A stretch of DNA of 60,392 bases, the filler included, from an uncultured bacterium (GTDB lineage: Bacteria > Hinthialibacterota > Hinthialibacteria > Hinthialibacterales > Hinthialibacteraceae), in NCBI GenBank assembly GCA_964449065.1. It is 4 parts of 4 records of this genome, joined end to end, with 100 filler letters (N's around TTAATTAATTAA, not from the genome) between each part and the next. Parts side by side here need not be neighbours in the genome. Positions count along the whole stretch, not along the records: positions 45,587 to 60,392 come from CAYVAZ010000110.1; 3 more parts are not named here. One strand, 5' to 3'. The number at the start of each line of letters is the position of its first letter. Within the stretch, counting starts at the first letter, position 1. The notes below the pieces were generated by a model. The model worked only from the letters and a program-made list of their open reading frames with translations, had not been told where the DNA came from and made no database searches. Shown in pieces: positions 59,668-60,392 of the stretch. The position numbers were made by a program, and so were the translations under genes.

Positions 59668-60392
59668 CTAAAAGGGTTCATCCAAGTTATGACTATCTGT
59701 TGATTGTATCCCATTATACAAAAACCGGCCGATCAGTTTTACAAACGGCGACCATTCCATTTGTCCGTCATCGGCTTTGCCAAGTTCCCTGTCGAATGCG
59801 GTTAACTGGGCATCCATGTTTTCGATGTGGTGCAGCAGTTCCGCTTCCATTGTCATCGGCAGCACTGGAGAACGTTCCGTCTCGCCGTGATGCGATAAGA
59901 TGATATGAATCAAGCGGTTGCGTTTCTCTTCCGGAAAATCAGGCAGCGCGTCGATCCACTTTTCCACCAAATTCGCGCCGATAAATACATGCCCTAATAG
60001 CCGCCCTGCCGTGCTGTAATCGACACTGAATTGATACTCAAACTCGATCGTTTTGCCGATATCGTGGAATAGGGCTCCGGTCACCAGCAAATCGCGGTTG
60101 ACGCGCGGGTAAAACTGTGCCATGTATCCGCACTCTTTTACTACGGTTAAGGTGTGGTGTAGTAATCCATGAATATAGGGATGATGCCAGCGTTTCGCTC
60201 CAGGTGCGAGGGTAAATTTTTCCCACATCTGTTCATCCTGCCGGAACAGTTGCAGCAATGCTTGATAATCCGCATCTGTAACCTGTGCGATTTGCTCATC
60301 CATATCCGCAATCAATGTCTCTAACGGCACCGGAGCAATGGGCAAAAAATCCATGGGAGAGATAACATCCGTATCCACAACTTTCTTCAAAC
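59668..60392 (-). CDS. YhaM/Cbf1-like HD-domain 3'-5' exoribonuclease (5' partial)
   Basis: APGAKRWHH...GLLHHT; LFHDIGK; GRLLGH; HIILSHHG; P.TMEA. Confidence 0.88.
   Translation of the reverse strand, partial: LKKVVDTDVISPMDFLPIAPVPLETLIADMDEQIAQVTDADYQALLQLFRQDEQMWEKFTLAPGAKRWHHPYIHGLLHHTLTVVKECGYMAQFYPRVNRDLLVTGALFHDIGKTIEFEYQFSVDYSTAGRLLGHVFIGANLVEKWIDALPDFPEEKRNRLIHIILSHHGETERSPVLPMTMEAELLHHIENMDAQLTAFDRELGKADDGQMEWSPFVKLIGRFLYNGIQSTDSHNLDEPF

Overview
This 60.4-kb window is not one contiguous locus. It is four ~15-kb contigs or scaffolds joined by artificial N44-TTAATTAATTAA-N44 linkers (at ~15138, ~30354, ~45487), with three further internal N gaps, so it is most likely a concatenated draft genome or MAG. 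Gene content suggests a diderm bacterium; the pseudopilin style and the C-terminal 'V-x-x-W-x-L' tails recall the Hinthialibacterota/Sumerlaeota group (inference). Most genes are housekeeping or metabolic: gcvT, hemL, ndk, htrA-grpE-dnaK, a DEAD-box helicase, phnX, glnS, birA, thiG/thiE, glnE, two photolyases, two Maf-type glycosyltransferases, Tat-exported Gfo/Idh/MocA and TIM-barrel proteins, tRNA-Met and tRNA-Leu. There are also small TA/Rpn modules. The most interesting signals are: (1) two unrelated, tandem, secreted acidic proteins sharing a short Trp-containing C-terminal tail, a candidate uncharacterised sorting signal; (2) several TA-ended miniature inverted-repeat elements of different families, most wrapping a REP-like hairpin, stacked together at two loci, with one repeat core read in frame inside a glycosyltransferase; (3) an Rpn nuclease lacking its C-terminus, 5 kb from an orphan Rpn C-terminal module that has its own strong RBS; (4) a DEAD-box helicase with an N-terminal RRM-like domain. 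All family calls come from motif recognition, not database searches.
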